Origin: Dicyema japonicum
Lineage: Eukaryota > Animalia > Dicyemida
DNA: 64,000 nucleotides
Assembly (NCBI GenBank): GCA_011109175.1
Contig: RDEW01000010.1
Location: forward strand, 124,001 to 188,000
Reading direction: 5' to 3'
The translations under genes were made by a program, and so were the position numbers. Shown here in pieces: positions 49,621 through 62,324 of this stretch (its first letter is position 1; every line of letters starts with the position of its first letter). The notes below the pieces were generated by a model. It was not told the origin of the DNA and made no database searches. It was given only the letters and a program-made list of their open reading frames with translations.

Positions 49621-49964
49621 TCATAGCCTTGTAAACTAGTCACTAGTGTTGTAAGTGTGTTTTGTGACCAATGTTGTGATTGCTCAACACTCGGCTGAGG
49701 TAAAATTCTCTAACGCTAACTGGTTCGCGACAACAAAAAGGTTGTGACCACTGTTCTAAACGACTGCAAGACTTCCTATCTTGCCTCGGTTCACTTTCGA
49801 TTTCTGGGCCACAGAAGATACATCCAACTGATCTCTGCGTGCGTACGTTTTTGATTGTTACTTTCTGTTACTCATCTGTTTCCTTTATTTGAAGGGACTG
49901 GGGGTAAATATCGATATCCTCAAACCTTGAATGCTAGGAAGGAACGCTTAATGAATGAATACTA

Positions 49965-51700
49965 TAATACCAAAGACCACGGTAACACCAAAATATTTAA
50001 TCAAGTGATCCCATCACACTCTAGCAGAGATCTCAACATGGCCAATTTTCTTCCCCGACCCCATATAAGCACACATCGACTGAATGGCTTGATCTCCTTA
50101 GTCAACGACATGTCCCTCGGTTCTTACGTATTAAAGATACCAGAGGCATTTGAGACTGGGACTTTCCGGAACTCCATCGTTCCGTAATTGTAGAATCCAT
50201 TTTTTGCTACCTTCGGTCTTAAAAATATTTGTTCAACAAATGAATGGACCCCAGATGCCGCATACATAGGAAACGATGACTCAACGTATTGGTTGTATGT
50301 AGAATTCAAAATAGGGAGATTTCCGATATTCCATAAGACATTTCAATACGTTATTCTTATTTTCACATTTTGTTATAACTTCAACATAGGGGAGAATGGC
50401 ATGTGCATGTCAAAAATCACCCAATGATCTTTTGAGATTTTCTAAACGGGATATCACCATTGTTTTTTTAATCGATCGTCGTCTACCCAATATCTTGTCT
50501 GATGATTTGATAGAGTTGTGACTGACTTCTCAGTGCTATAGACAGGTGGTTCTACAGCAACTTTAAGAAGGTCCAGGTTTTGTTAGACTTTGAAGTCATA
50601 GTCTGGATGTCCCGATCACGTGACAATGATGTGGCTTGAGGTGGTATGATTGTTACTGACATTATTAGTGGACTAATTAATTTTCTGATTAATACTGACG
50701 TAAATGATTAATTGAATAAATGATGCAAACGTGTCAAAGGTAACTCTGAGGATTGAGGGATCTTCTTGATTGGGATCAGGTAGTCATTCAAGTTTACTTA
50801 TTCTCGTCTTTTTTGTGAAGCGTTACATGAGATTTTCCTGGTGGGGCTTTTTCACGGTTTTTTGAAAATCAAAAACTCCCGAGGTTAAATATCTTCATGC
50901 CTTTTCAGGTCTTCCATTTCTTGATGTACTATTAAGTTGTCAATATAGATAAAAGTATATCGTTGGGGTATCTGGAGCTGGAAGGTCCTACAGAATAGGT
51001 GTTGGAGATAACGAAGATCCATGTGGGAGTCTGTTTAAGAGGAACCGCGATTTTAACCTTTTGTTATTCAACACCACTCGTCATGACCTGAGATTAGGAT
51101 GGATAGAAAACTTCCGGGAATCCATGTTCTCGCCTTCTTAGTATCAATCAAGACTAAACGATTATTTCGTATGGGTTAGGACGATTTAACTCCTCGGTAG
51201 TAAATCGAACTAGTTTGGTCAAGTTGGTTATAGTCATAGTGTTAGAAGGTGGTAGTTTATGGACGGAGAGATTTCTCAAAGGGCCAGTTTTTCTAACATA
51301 CATGAAATCCTGCGTGTGGCGAGTAAAAAGGATTTGATGGGTGATTTTTTTGTTTTAATGAACAAAATGTACCCGTGTTTATATGTCAAGCAGAAACGAA
51401 AGGAGTTGGGGGCGATCCATAGGACTGAAACTTTTTTGAGGTGCAGAATTATTTCATGTCTGGTAACAGTTAGATTGAAGGAAAGTCATCTATCTCGGAA
51501 AAGGATTTGAAGGTGAGGCTTCCGAAGTTGATGATGGTATGCTGTGTAACTCCCATTTTCTTGGAATTTTCAGTATAATTAGGTCATTGTCTAAATTGTA
51601 TGACATCCCAAGAGGTGGTAATAACCACAAAGGAACGGAAGGTCCGATGAAGTAAGGATTCGTTATGTCTGGTTTGGCCTCCCAGTGTGTTTTTTTAATC
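49965..51700 (-). mobile_element. Old, heavily decayed family-A LINE pieces (duplicated at ~58100-59840)
   Basis: Recognisable RT remnants (LVLIDTKKA, FIYIDNLIV, ILRVTFD, VIFDMH...KCENKNNVLKCL) and the family-A 3' terminus at ~49965. Confidence 0.6.
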
Positions 51701-51986
51701 ATTAAAATTAATCAAGGGGATATCTATGGGGACATGGGGGAATGCAGTTGTTCGCAATTGTTATTTGAATCCAAGAAAGGTGGATTTTTTGAGTTGGAAG
51801 ATGGCTGATAGGTGTACTGGTGATTTTCGTCTGCTACGGTTCGACGTCATTGCAGGAGAAGACATGATACTGGTTTTAAGTGGTTAATAGAAATTGAAAG
51901 AAAACTGAATGATCATCTGTCGGAATCGTGGTAGTTAACATGTTGTTATGAGGAATAGATATCTTATTAGTAATTATAGTTAGTTG

Positions 51987-53605
51987 TTAGACGTTAGCTT
52001 TTGCTTGTTGAAAGACTGTATTCCAATTACTCAAAGAAATAGAAATTTCATTATAAGTCTTATTTTTAGTTTCTGGCATGAAGATGAAGAGAAATATGAA
52101 TCCCCCGGTGCATACTGCGACGAAAACGAGCAAAATATAATTCTTAACGAAATACTGCAGAAATTATAAAGCATATACATTGCTAAGGGCTGGTCTGAAT
52201 ATCCAAAAAACAACAAAGTTTGCAAAATTTCCAACGAGAACCCCACCAGAGGCAGCCTTACCCCTGGAATCTTGCGTAAAGTACTCAACCATAATAGCCT
52301 GAGGGACAATTCCATATGAAACAGCAAATGATATAATGAAGATGTATATTGATATAATAGACAAGGCTGTAATATTATGCACCAGAGATATGACTTCCAT
52401 AATTAAACTTGTAATAATTAATAGGGTTGGCCATAATATTAAAAACCTTCTCCCATATATTTCAATTAATGGAATCTTAATGTAACATTATTAATTACGG
52501 CGAAAATTGTGGCAATACAATTTACTGCCCCAGTGCCGATTACTACATAAGGTATTGCCCATTTTTCAACCCCAGCTTCGTCATAAATGGATCCGGTAAA
52601 TGATAAAATCTTAATTAATTGTAGTATTTACAGCATTAATTCCCGTGAATTGGACCAAAATTAGAGAAACGAAGACAATTGTGAGAGGTTTGCTAAGTGA
52701 TTTACGAGTTAACAGTTCTTTCCACGAAATGTCAGTCGTTGATGTATTTTCTATTTCTTCTTTCATTTCTGAAATCTCTTTCTTACAAGTTTCTCTATTT
52801 TTCCTAAACTGCATCAGTGCTAAAATGAATAATTTCGATTACCATTCATAGCTTGGGTTTCATCATTTGTTTTGAACAAAATATGACGAGGGCTGTCGGG
52901 AAAGAAGAAAAACAATGGTACGAATACTACTGAAATCATTCCCGGAATTGTTAATGAAATGCTCCAATAAGGTTCATTTCCTTAAATGTAAATGAAGAAT
53001 ACTGAAAATTGGAGGAATATTCAATAGTTGAGCTATTAATATTCCCAATGTAATGGAGAACTGATGGATTGCAATTACTCCCCACGGAATCCCATTGGCG
53101 TTATTTCGATCATGTACATTGTTACAATGGGCACCAGAATTCCTACAAACTAAGCAATACTTCCTTACCCACACTCAAACCCGAAAAAAAGCGAGAAGGA
53201 AACAAAAGCTCGATAGAATTTAATGGTTTACTTAGTCCCCCAAAAAGTGACCCAATGATGACAAAGACGCTATTATAAATAAGTGCCATTTTCCTTCCAA
53301 CTCTATCAGCGATAAATGGTGCCATGAAAGCCCCAATAGTTGCTCCAATTAAATATATGCTGGCAATTCCAGCCCAAATAAGAGAAAAAGCTTTTTCGAT
53401 GTCTTTGTTAACCAAAAAATATTTATTCAAAAAGTTAATTCTCATTAATTCTTTAGCTTGCTATGGATAAGTCATAAACTACCTCTTCTATGCCTTCCAA
53501 TACCCCATTTCCATGTCCATATATTAATGAGCAACCAAGTCCGGCAATAGATATTGCACCATAATATTTCAAAGATACGTCTGAGTGTAACGCTTTTATA
53601 TCCAT
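51987..53605 (-). CDS. GLUT/SLC2A-like sugar transporter, copy 2 (one apparent -1 indel near 53080)
   Basis: Eight exons separated by 22, 26, 22, 23, 22, 23 and 24 nt GT-AG introns, including GINA|IL and TIFA|IPLIE. Motifs DRVGRK, PDSPR, YGRR, VEYF, PETK. Confidence 0.92.
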
Positions 53606-54189
53606 GTATAATTATAGGTGACGGTAAAAATTATTTAAGCAAATTCTAATCAGTTCTAGGAAATATATATTCCCGAGTCGCTTTTCGTCGTAAATACCAT
53701 TTTCAATTCCAGCTCATTGATTTTTTATCAATTTTGTTCACAATTATGACTCCTAATTACGGTAGTAATTACAATTTACGTATTCCAGAACTCCTCTAGT
53801 CACTTTAGTATCTCTTAATAATAGTCGGACTGCTTTTTATACGTGACCTATTAACCTTTAGGGATGATTTTGAAAAATAAACAAGGCAAACACTACTGGG
53901 AAAGACCCAGATAACCTAATGCCCGTGTCTTCAATTGACTTGTGTACCACCTAATGGCCGTGTAATTCCTTATTGATAAGTGGACCATTTTTATTGACAG
54001 TGGATCATAATTACTGGACCTAATGGGCACGTCATTCTTATTAGTACCGGAACACTTGATGGTGAGTCTTTAATGGCGCATAATTACTGACACAATTTAT
54101 GTAATTTTAAGGACAGAGGCTCAATTACCTGGTGACATGGCTCTGTTAAACATATGTAAAAAACACTCATTACGATACAATCGAGAACT

Positions 54190-56375
54190 TCTGAGGCTCA
54201 TGACATTTAACGTACGTGGAATATCAAAAGACTGGGCAAGGAAAGTACGTTGTGACGATCTCGAGAAATACAAAATATCTACAAGTGACGAAAATCGAAA
54301 ATAGACACGATGAAACATGGAACAACTACCGACTAATTGTCTTCCCGAGTGAATGTAAGCGGGATGGGATTTGCCTTACACGTGGATTACCTCAAAAAAC
54401 TACATCGCTATTGGAGAGTTAACGACCGAATATATGTCCTACAAGTCAAACTAAATGATTTATGCCCATCCAAAAGTCTATTAACTATGATAAATGTCTA
54501 TGCACCACACTGCGGGCGAGTAATCAAGAACCCTGGTGAGCTTGAGGAATCCTACTTAGAACTATCAAGAAAATATTCGAATAATGCGTCTTTGTTGCGA
54601 GAGATATGAATGCAAAGGCCGGAATGCGAATGGGACCCGAAGAATCCTCTATTGAAAGACACGGACACGGAAGGAGATAGGCATCGGGAACTTCTCTGGT
54701 GAACTTCTGCTAGGCAAATAGGCTATTCCTGTGCAACACTTGCCTTCACGCACTCAGCTCGCCACAGACGATATGGCACGGACAAAGGAAAAACTCTGTT
54801 AAGGAGACCATGAATATATAATCAAATCAACTACATTATCTGCCGAAAGTCTGATAAACACTTGCTAAATGATGCACATTCCTACGAAGGGACAACAACT
54901 GACAGCAATCATATGATCGTTATTGCAGAACTGTCTGTAAAAAAGCACTTGACTGGGAAAAAATATATTGAACAGACAACATTCATGGGAAATCATTACA
55001 TCCCTATTAAAAGATGTGGAGTGCCTAAATGACAATTCAAGGATGTTTGCGGCTTTACAAATCCTGCGGACAAAGATAGGACAAAACATCCTCCAAATCA
55101 AAAACAAAAAGGAAAATTCGTTGATAACCAAGAAGAAAAAGCCGAACTAATTGCATGTCACTTTGAAATGTTGCTGAATACAGACAATGAGGAATTTCCC
55201 CCTTTCCAGGAAGAACCGAGGACATTAATGAATGCTATTACAGTGGAAGAAGTTGAATCAGCTCTAAAAAAACTGAAGAATAAAAAGAGTGCTGAGCCAG
55301 ACAACATAATCACTGAGCTTTTAAAACATGGGTTAAAAAAACTTAGTGAAACAATTGCAAAAGTTTTAAATGACATGAAACTAATACCTATCTAGGACTT
55401 GGAAATGGATTATTAATACCCATACAAAAACCGAACAAAGTAAAAGGACCAGTAAAAAATCTTCGCTCGGTCATACTTCTGAACTCGATACGCAAGATGC
55501 TGGCAACCATAGCACCTTATGCGGATTATGTGGACTTTGTATCACGGGACACGCCCGCACTCCAACACCTACTCGAAAATGCACCTGCGGAGCTTGAGAA
55601 ATGGTTTCTCAGCGTAAATGTAAACAAAACCGAAATTACTGAAATCAAAAGAGAAGACGATATTACTCATGAAAAATGGAGGTGCACTAATGAGCTCAAC
55701 TCTACTAGGAGACACTGAAGATGTACTAAGGAGGAAAACACTGGCAAATGCAGCAATGGATAAACTGAGGAATAAATGGCTAAGAGCCAAAGACTTGGAA
55801 GTGACATCAGATACAGGCTTTACGACGCCTTTGTGAAACCAATTTTACTGTACAACGCTGGGACCTGGTGAAGTTCCTTCAAAGAACTAACGAAACTGGA
55901 TTCGTTCCATAAAAGACAACTAAGAAGCATACTCAGAATGGATTGGCCACGTAGAAAATCAACCAGTGGTATTTACAACAAGTCTATGTGTTCGTACATC
56001 ACAAGGATGTGATAGATCCCCGGTGGAGGCTATTTGGACATGTTTTAAGAATGAACCTGGATGCGCCCGCTAACAAAGCGATGGAAGATTACTTTGACAG
56101 TTGCGACAAACCCTTCCACAGACGACCAAGAACGACATGCCGATTGTCTTAAACAAAGATCTAAACCAGGTGAAAAAAAGCTCAAGACTGAGGAAAAATT
56201 AAAATCAGAAGAAAATGTAAAAACGCTAAATATTGTTTTGAGTGTTGCACATTTCTTAATAATAAGGCTCGTAAAAGTGCCTTATTAATAAGGCTCCATT
56301 GCTGAAATGCGAGTGCCTTTGTTAACCATTCGACCTGATATTGATGATATATGCAAAAACAATAATAATAATTAA
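54190..56375 (+). mobile_element. RTE-like LINE with RT core deletion (duplicated from ~62325)
   Basis: TFNVRGISK, INVYAPH, KKSAEPDNIITELLK, YADYVDF, RLFGHVLR; (ATA)n tail. Confidence 0.88.
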
Positions 56376-57011
56376 GAATTCATTTTTTTATTAATAAAAA
56401 TTTTGGCATTAAATTACGAATTTTTGTACTTAGTTTTACACATCTTTAAAAAATTAATTTTTTTATTTTTTAATGTGTGCCGTGTATTATTTTTTTACGA
56501 TTAGTGTGCCGCGAGAATTATTTTTGAAAAGCTCTGCCCTAGAATAACGAATTTGGAGATCAGCCTAGATTTCTCAAAATCTAAAAATCTGAATATTCAT
56601 ATCTTCAAGATTTTATCTCCCCCAGAAAGAGTTAGTGACACCGCGTTAACTCCGGCAGCTAAAAAACGTAAAGATGTGCTTTTCATCTGATGTGATAACC
56701 TATGCTTATATATCCTGGTGTCCAAGGAAGCGAATAATTCTTCTCTTCCACAAAGAGATTGATGACGCCCACACCGGCGAAACCAACTCTGGTTATCCTT
56801 GGAAGCGATGATTCAAAGGCATTGATCTTTGAGGCCTGCCCCGATATCCTGTCCCAATTTTCAGAGTTATTTAATTGTGACTTTTTAAGCCAGTTTCTGG
56901 GAGACAAGTGCATTTTCACCCTACCTCAGCTAACATTGGGAGTTCTTCAAGTGAATTAAGGAAGAAAACAATCCGCTTTGAATACCGCCCAGGCGTCTTA
57001 GTATTGGAAAA

Positions 57012-57760
57012 AAACACTAGAACAGGGGTGATCAACATTAGTACAAACTTATCCAACACTTTTGACAAGGCGCCAGTTATGGATACAGGGTGGTATGAGG
57101 ATGGAATGTCTTTTGATTTTCCAGGCTTGAGGATTGGAGTAATCACTGAGTTCTTCCATATGTTTGGTATTGTATGGGATTTTATATAGACTGATTGTAT
57201 AGTCTTGATAACATAATATGAGCCTCCTAGGTGGTTAAGGTGGATAGCACAGACACCGTCGGGGCCCCAGGCTCGGTTTGTCGTAGAAATTTAAAATTCC
57301 TTTCCACGTCGTAGGGAGTGAAGAACGTCGTAAATGTCTACTGTTGTGGGCCACCTCGTTTGACATGCAGAGATCGAGAGAAGTCCTTGTGGCTGATCGA
57401 CACATAGTATTTCATGAGGTTATTAGCGAGTTTCCGTGCATATTCCGGGGCAAAGGTAACGGTTTCCACTCTGCCGTCATCTTCCTTTGTGAGGCTGTTG
57501 CTACTCTTTAGTGTCTTCTAGAAGGTTCCACACGAGTTCTTGTGCCATAGTCGACCAACAAGCCGACTCCACTTTTGTCTTTATTTATCACGGAATAGTT
57601 GGGAAATTATGCGATTTAGAGAGCGTATGGACGATATAGAGCCATCTGATTGCATTCCGGTTTTCTTCAAGGCATCCCGTTTCTTGATATAAAATAGTTT
57701 GCATGTGCGCACTTTTAAAGTTCTTTATTTCATTTTGTACGCTTTGTCATGAGATTAGTC
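57012..57760 (-). mobile_element. Duplicated family-A LINE piece, truncated at the duplication junction
   Basis: ITPILKPGKSKDIPSSYHPVS...TPVLVF, then diverges from 48875. Confidence 0.85.
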
Positions 57761-60127
57761 ATAGCCTTGTAAACTAGTCACTAGTGTTGTAAGTGTGTTT
57801 TGTGACCAATGTTGTGATTGCTCAACACTCGGCTGAGGTAAAATTCTCTAACGCTAACTGGTTCGCGACAACAAAAAGGTTGTGACCACTGTTCTAAACG
57901 ACTGCAAGACTTCCTATCTTGCCTCGGTTCACTTTCGATTTCTGGGCCACAGAAGATACATCCAACTGATCTCTGCGTGCGTACGTTTTGATTGTTACTT
58001 TCTGTTACTCATCTGTTTCCTTTATTTGAAGGGACTGGGGTATATCGATATCCTCAACCTTGAATGCTAGGAAGGAACGCTTAATGAATGAATACTATAA
58101 ATACCAAAGACCACGGTAACACCAAAATATTTAATCAAGTGATCCCATCACACTCTAGCAGAGATCTCAACATGGCCCAATTTTCTTCCCCGACCCCATA
58201 TATAGCACCATCGACTGAATGGCTTGATCTCCTTAGTCAACGACATGTCCCTCGGTTCTTACGTATTAAAGATACCAGAGGCATTTGAGACTGGGACTTT
58301 CCGGAACTCCATCGTTCCGTAATTGTAGAATCCATTTTTTGCTACCTTCGGTCTTAAAAATATTTGTTCAACAAATGAATGGACCCCAGATGCCGCATAC
58401 ATAGGAAACGATGACTCAACGTATTGGTTGTATGTAGAATTCAAAATAGGGAGATTTCCGATATTCCATAAGACATTTCAATACGTTATTCTTATTTTCA
58501 CATTTTGTTATAAACTTCAACATAGGGGAGAATGGCATGTGCATGTCAAAAATCACCCAATGATCTTTTGAGATTTTCTAAACGGGATATCACCATTGTT
58601 TTTTTAATCGATCGTCGTCTACCCAATATCTTGTCTGATGATTTGATAGAGTTGTGACTGACTTCTCAGTGCTATAGACAGGTGGTTCTACAGCAACTTT
58701 AAGAAGGTCCAGGTTTTGTTAGACTTTGAAGTCATAGTCTGGATGTCCCGATCACGTGACAATGATGTGGCTTGAGGTGGTATGATTGTTACTGACATTA
58801 TTAGTGGACTAATTAATTTTCTGATTAATACTGACGTAAATGATTAATTGAATAAATGATGCAAACGTGTCAAAGGTAACTCTGAGGATTGAGGGATCTT
58901 CTTGATTGGGATCAGGTAGTCATTCAAGTTTACTTATTCTCGTCTTTTTTGTGAAGCGTTACATGAGATTTTCCTGGTGGGGCTTTTTCACGGTTTTTTG
59001 AAAATCAAAAACTCCCGAGGTTAAATATCTTCATGCCTTTTCAGGTCTTCCATTTCTTGATGTACTATTAAGTTGTCAATATAGATAAAAGTATATCGTT
59101 GGGGTATCTGGAGCTGGAAGGTCCTACAGAATAGGTGTTGGAGATAACGAAGATCCATGTGGGAGTCTGTTTAAGAGGAACCGCGATTTCAATCTTTTGT
59201 TATTCAACACCACTCGTCATGACCTGAGATTAGGATGGATAGAAAACTTCCGGGAATCCATGTCCTCGCCTTCTCAGTATCAATCAAGACTAAACGATTA
59301 TTTTGTATGGGTTAGGACGATTTAACTCCTCGGTAGTGAATCGAACTAGTTTGGTCAAGTTGGTTATGGTCATAGTGTTAGAAGGTGGTAGTTTATGGAC
59401 GGAGAGATTTCTCAAAGGGCCAGTTTTTCTAACATACATGAATTCCTGCGTGTGGCGAGTAAAAAGGATTTGATGGGTGATTTTTTTGTTTTAATGAACA
59501 AAATGTACCCGTGTTTATATGTCAAGCAGAAACGAAAGGAGTTGGGGGCGATCCATAGGACTGAAACTTTTTTGAGGTGCAGAATTATTTCATGTCTGGT
59601 AACAGTTAGATTGAAGGAAAGTCATCTATCTCGGAAAAGGATTTGAAGGTGAGGCTTCCGAAGTTGATGATGGTATGCTGTGTAACTCCCATTTTCTTGG
59701 AATTTTCAGTATAATTAGGTCATTGTCTAAATTGTATGACATCCCAAGAGGTGGTAATAACCACAAAGGAACGGAAGGTCCGATGAAGTAAGGATTCGTT
59801 ATGTCTGGTTTGGCCTCCCAGTGTGTTTTTTTAATCACTAAAATTAATCAAAGGGATATCTATGGGGACATGGGGGAATGCAGTTGTTCGCAATTGTTAT
59901 TTGAATCCAAGAAAGGTGGATTTTTTGAGTTGGAAGATGGCTGATAGGTGTACTGGTGATTTTCGTCTGCTACGGTTCGACGTCATTGCAGGAGAAGACA
60001 TGATACTGGTTTTAAGTAGTTAATTGTTCAGAAATTAAAAGAAAACTGAATGATCATCTGTCGGAATCGTGGTAGTTAACATGTTGCTATGAGGAATAGA
60101 TATCTTATTAGTAATTATCGTTAGTTG

Positions 60128-61738
60128 TTAGACGTTAGCTTTTGCTTGTTGAAAGACTGTATTCCAATTACTCAAAGAAATAGAAATTTCATTATAAGTC
60201 TTATTTTTAGTTTCTGGCATGAAGATGAAGAGAAATATGAATCCCCCGGTGCATACTGCGACGAAAACGAGCAAAATATAATTCTTAACGAAATACTGCA
60301 GAAATTATAAAGCATATACATTGCTAAGGGCTGGTCTGAATATCCAAAAAACAACAAAGTTTGCAAAATTTCCAACGAGAACCCCACCAGAGGCAGCCTT
60401 ACCCCTGGAATCTTGCGTAAAGTACTCAACCATAATAGCCTGAGGGACAATTCCATATGAAACAGCAAATGATATAATGAAGATGTATATTGATATAATA
60501 GACAAGGCTGTATATTATGCACCAGAGATATGACTTCCATAATTAAACTTGTAATAATTATAGGGTTGGCCATAATATTAAAACCTTCTCCCAATTTTTC
60601 AATTAATGGAATCTTAATGTAACATTATTAATTACGGCGAAAATTGTGGCAATACAATTTATTGCCCCAGTGCCGATTACTACATAAGGTATTGCCCATT
60701 TTTTAACCCCAGCTTCGTCATAAATGGATCCGGTAAATGATAAAATCTTAATTAATTGTAGTATTTACAGCATTAATTCCCGTGAATTGGACCAAAATTA
60801 GAGAAACGAAGACAATTGTGAGAGGTTTGCTAAGTGATTTACGAGTTAACAGTTCTTCCATGAAATGTCAGTCGTTGATGTATTTTCTATTTCTTCTTTC
60901 ATTTCTGAAATCTCTTTCTTACAAGTTTCTCTATTTTCCTAAACTGCATCAGTGCTAAAATGAATAATTTCGATTACCATCCATAGCTTGGGTTTCATCA
61001 TTTGTTTTGAACAAAATATGACGAGGGCTGTCGGGAAAGAAGAAAAACAATGGTATGAATACTACTGAAATCATTCCCGGAATTGTTAATGAAATGCTCC
61101 AATAATGTTTATTTCCTTAAATGTAAATGAAGAATACTGAAAATTGGAGGAATATTCAATATTTGAGCTATTAATATCCCCAATGTAATGGCGAACTGAT
61201 GGATTGCAATTACTCCTCCACGGAATCCCATTGGCGTTATTTCGATCATGTACATTGTTACAATGGGCACCAGAATTCCTACAAACTAAGCAATACTTCC
61301 TTACCCACACTCAAACCCGAAAAAAAGCGAGAAGGAAACAAAAGCTCGATAGAATTTAATGGTTTACTTAGTCCCCAAAAAGTGCCCCAATGATGACAAA
61401 GACGCTATTATAAATAAGTGCCATTTTCCTTCCAACTCTATCAGCGATAAATGGTGCCATGAAAGCCCCAATAGTTGCTCCAATTAAATATATGCTGGCA
61501 ATTCCAGCCCAAATAAGAGAAAAAGTTTTTTCGATGTCGTTGTTAACCAAAACATATCTCTCTAAAAAGTTAATTCTCATTAATTCTTTAGCATACTATG
61601 GATAAGTCATAAACTACCTCTTCTATGCCTTCCAATACCCCATTTCCATGTCCATATATTAATGAGCAACCAAGTCCGGCAATAGATATTGCACCATAAA
61701 ATTTCAAAGATACTTGAGTTTAACGCTTTTATATCCAT
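60128..61738 (-). CDS. GLUT/SLC2A-like sugar transporter, copy 3 (several 1-2 nt indels in this assembly)
   Basis: Same exon-intron structure as copy 2, with non-synonymous differences clustered in the N-terminal half. Confidence 0.88.
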
Positions 61739-62324
61739 GTATAATTATAGGTGACGGTAAAAATTATTTAAGCAAATTTTAATCAGTTCTAGGAAATATA
61801 TATTCCCGAGTCGCTTTTCGTCGTAAATACCATTTTCAATTCCAGCTCATTGATTTTTTATCAATTTTGTTCACAATTATGACTCCTAATTACGGTAGTA
61901 ATTACAATTTACGTATTCCAGAACTCCTCTAGTCACTTTAGTATCTTTTAATAATAGTCGGACTGCTTTTTATACGTGACCTATTAACCTTTAGGGATGA
62001 TTTTGAAAAATAAACAAGGCAAACAATACTGGGAGAGACCCAGATAACCTAATGCCCGTGTCTTCCAATTGACTTGTGTACCACCTAATGGCCGTGTAAT
62101 TCCTTATTGATAAGTGGACCATTTTTATTGACAGTGGATCATAATTACTGGACCTAATGGGCACATCATTCTTATTAGTACCGGAACACTTGATGGTGAG
62201 TCTTTAATGGCGCATAATTACTGACACAATTTATGTAATTTTAAGGACAGAGGCTCAATTACCTGGTGACATGGCTCTGTTAAACATATGTAAAAAACAC
62301 TCATTACGATACAATCGAGAACTT

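Noticed and set aside
50900-51700. LTR retrotransposon protease/RT remnant
   Set aside because: Another frame gives clearer family-A LINE RT motifs (LVLID.KKA, YIDNLIV, VTFD), and no LTRs are present.
56650-57010. Unique segment before the duplication junction as a gene
   Set aside because: Short ORFs on both strands have no identifiable motif; possibly a decayed retroelement.
20630-61738. Calling the GLUT copies definite pseudogenes
   Set aside because: The indels are 1-2 nt, differ in position between copies and often fall in homopolymers, while single-copy NECAP is clean and Lon nearly so. Consensus error in a repeat is equally plausible, so this is left unresolved.
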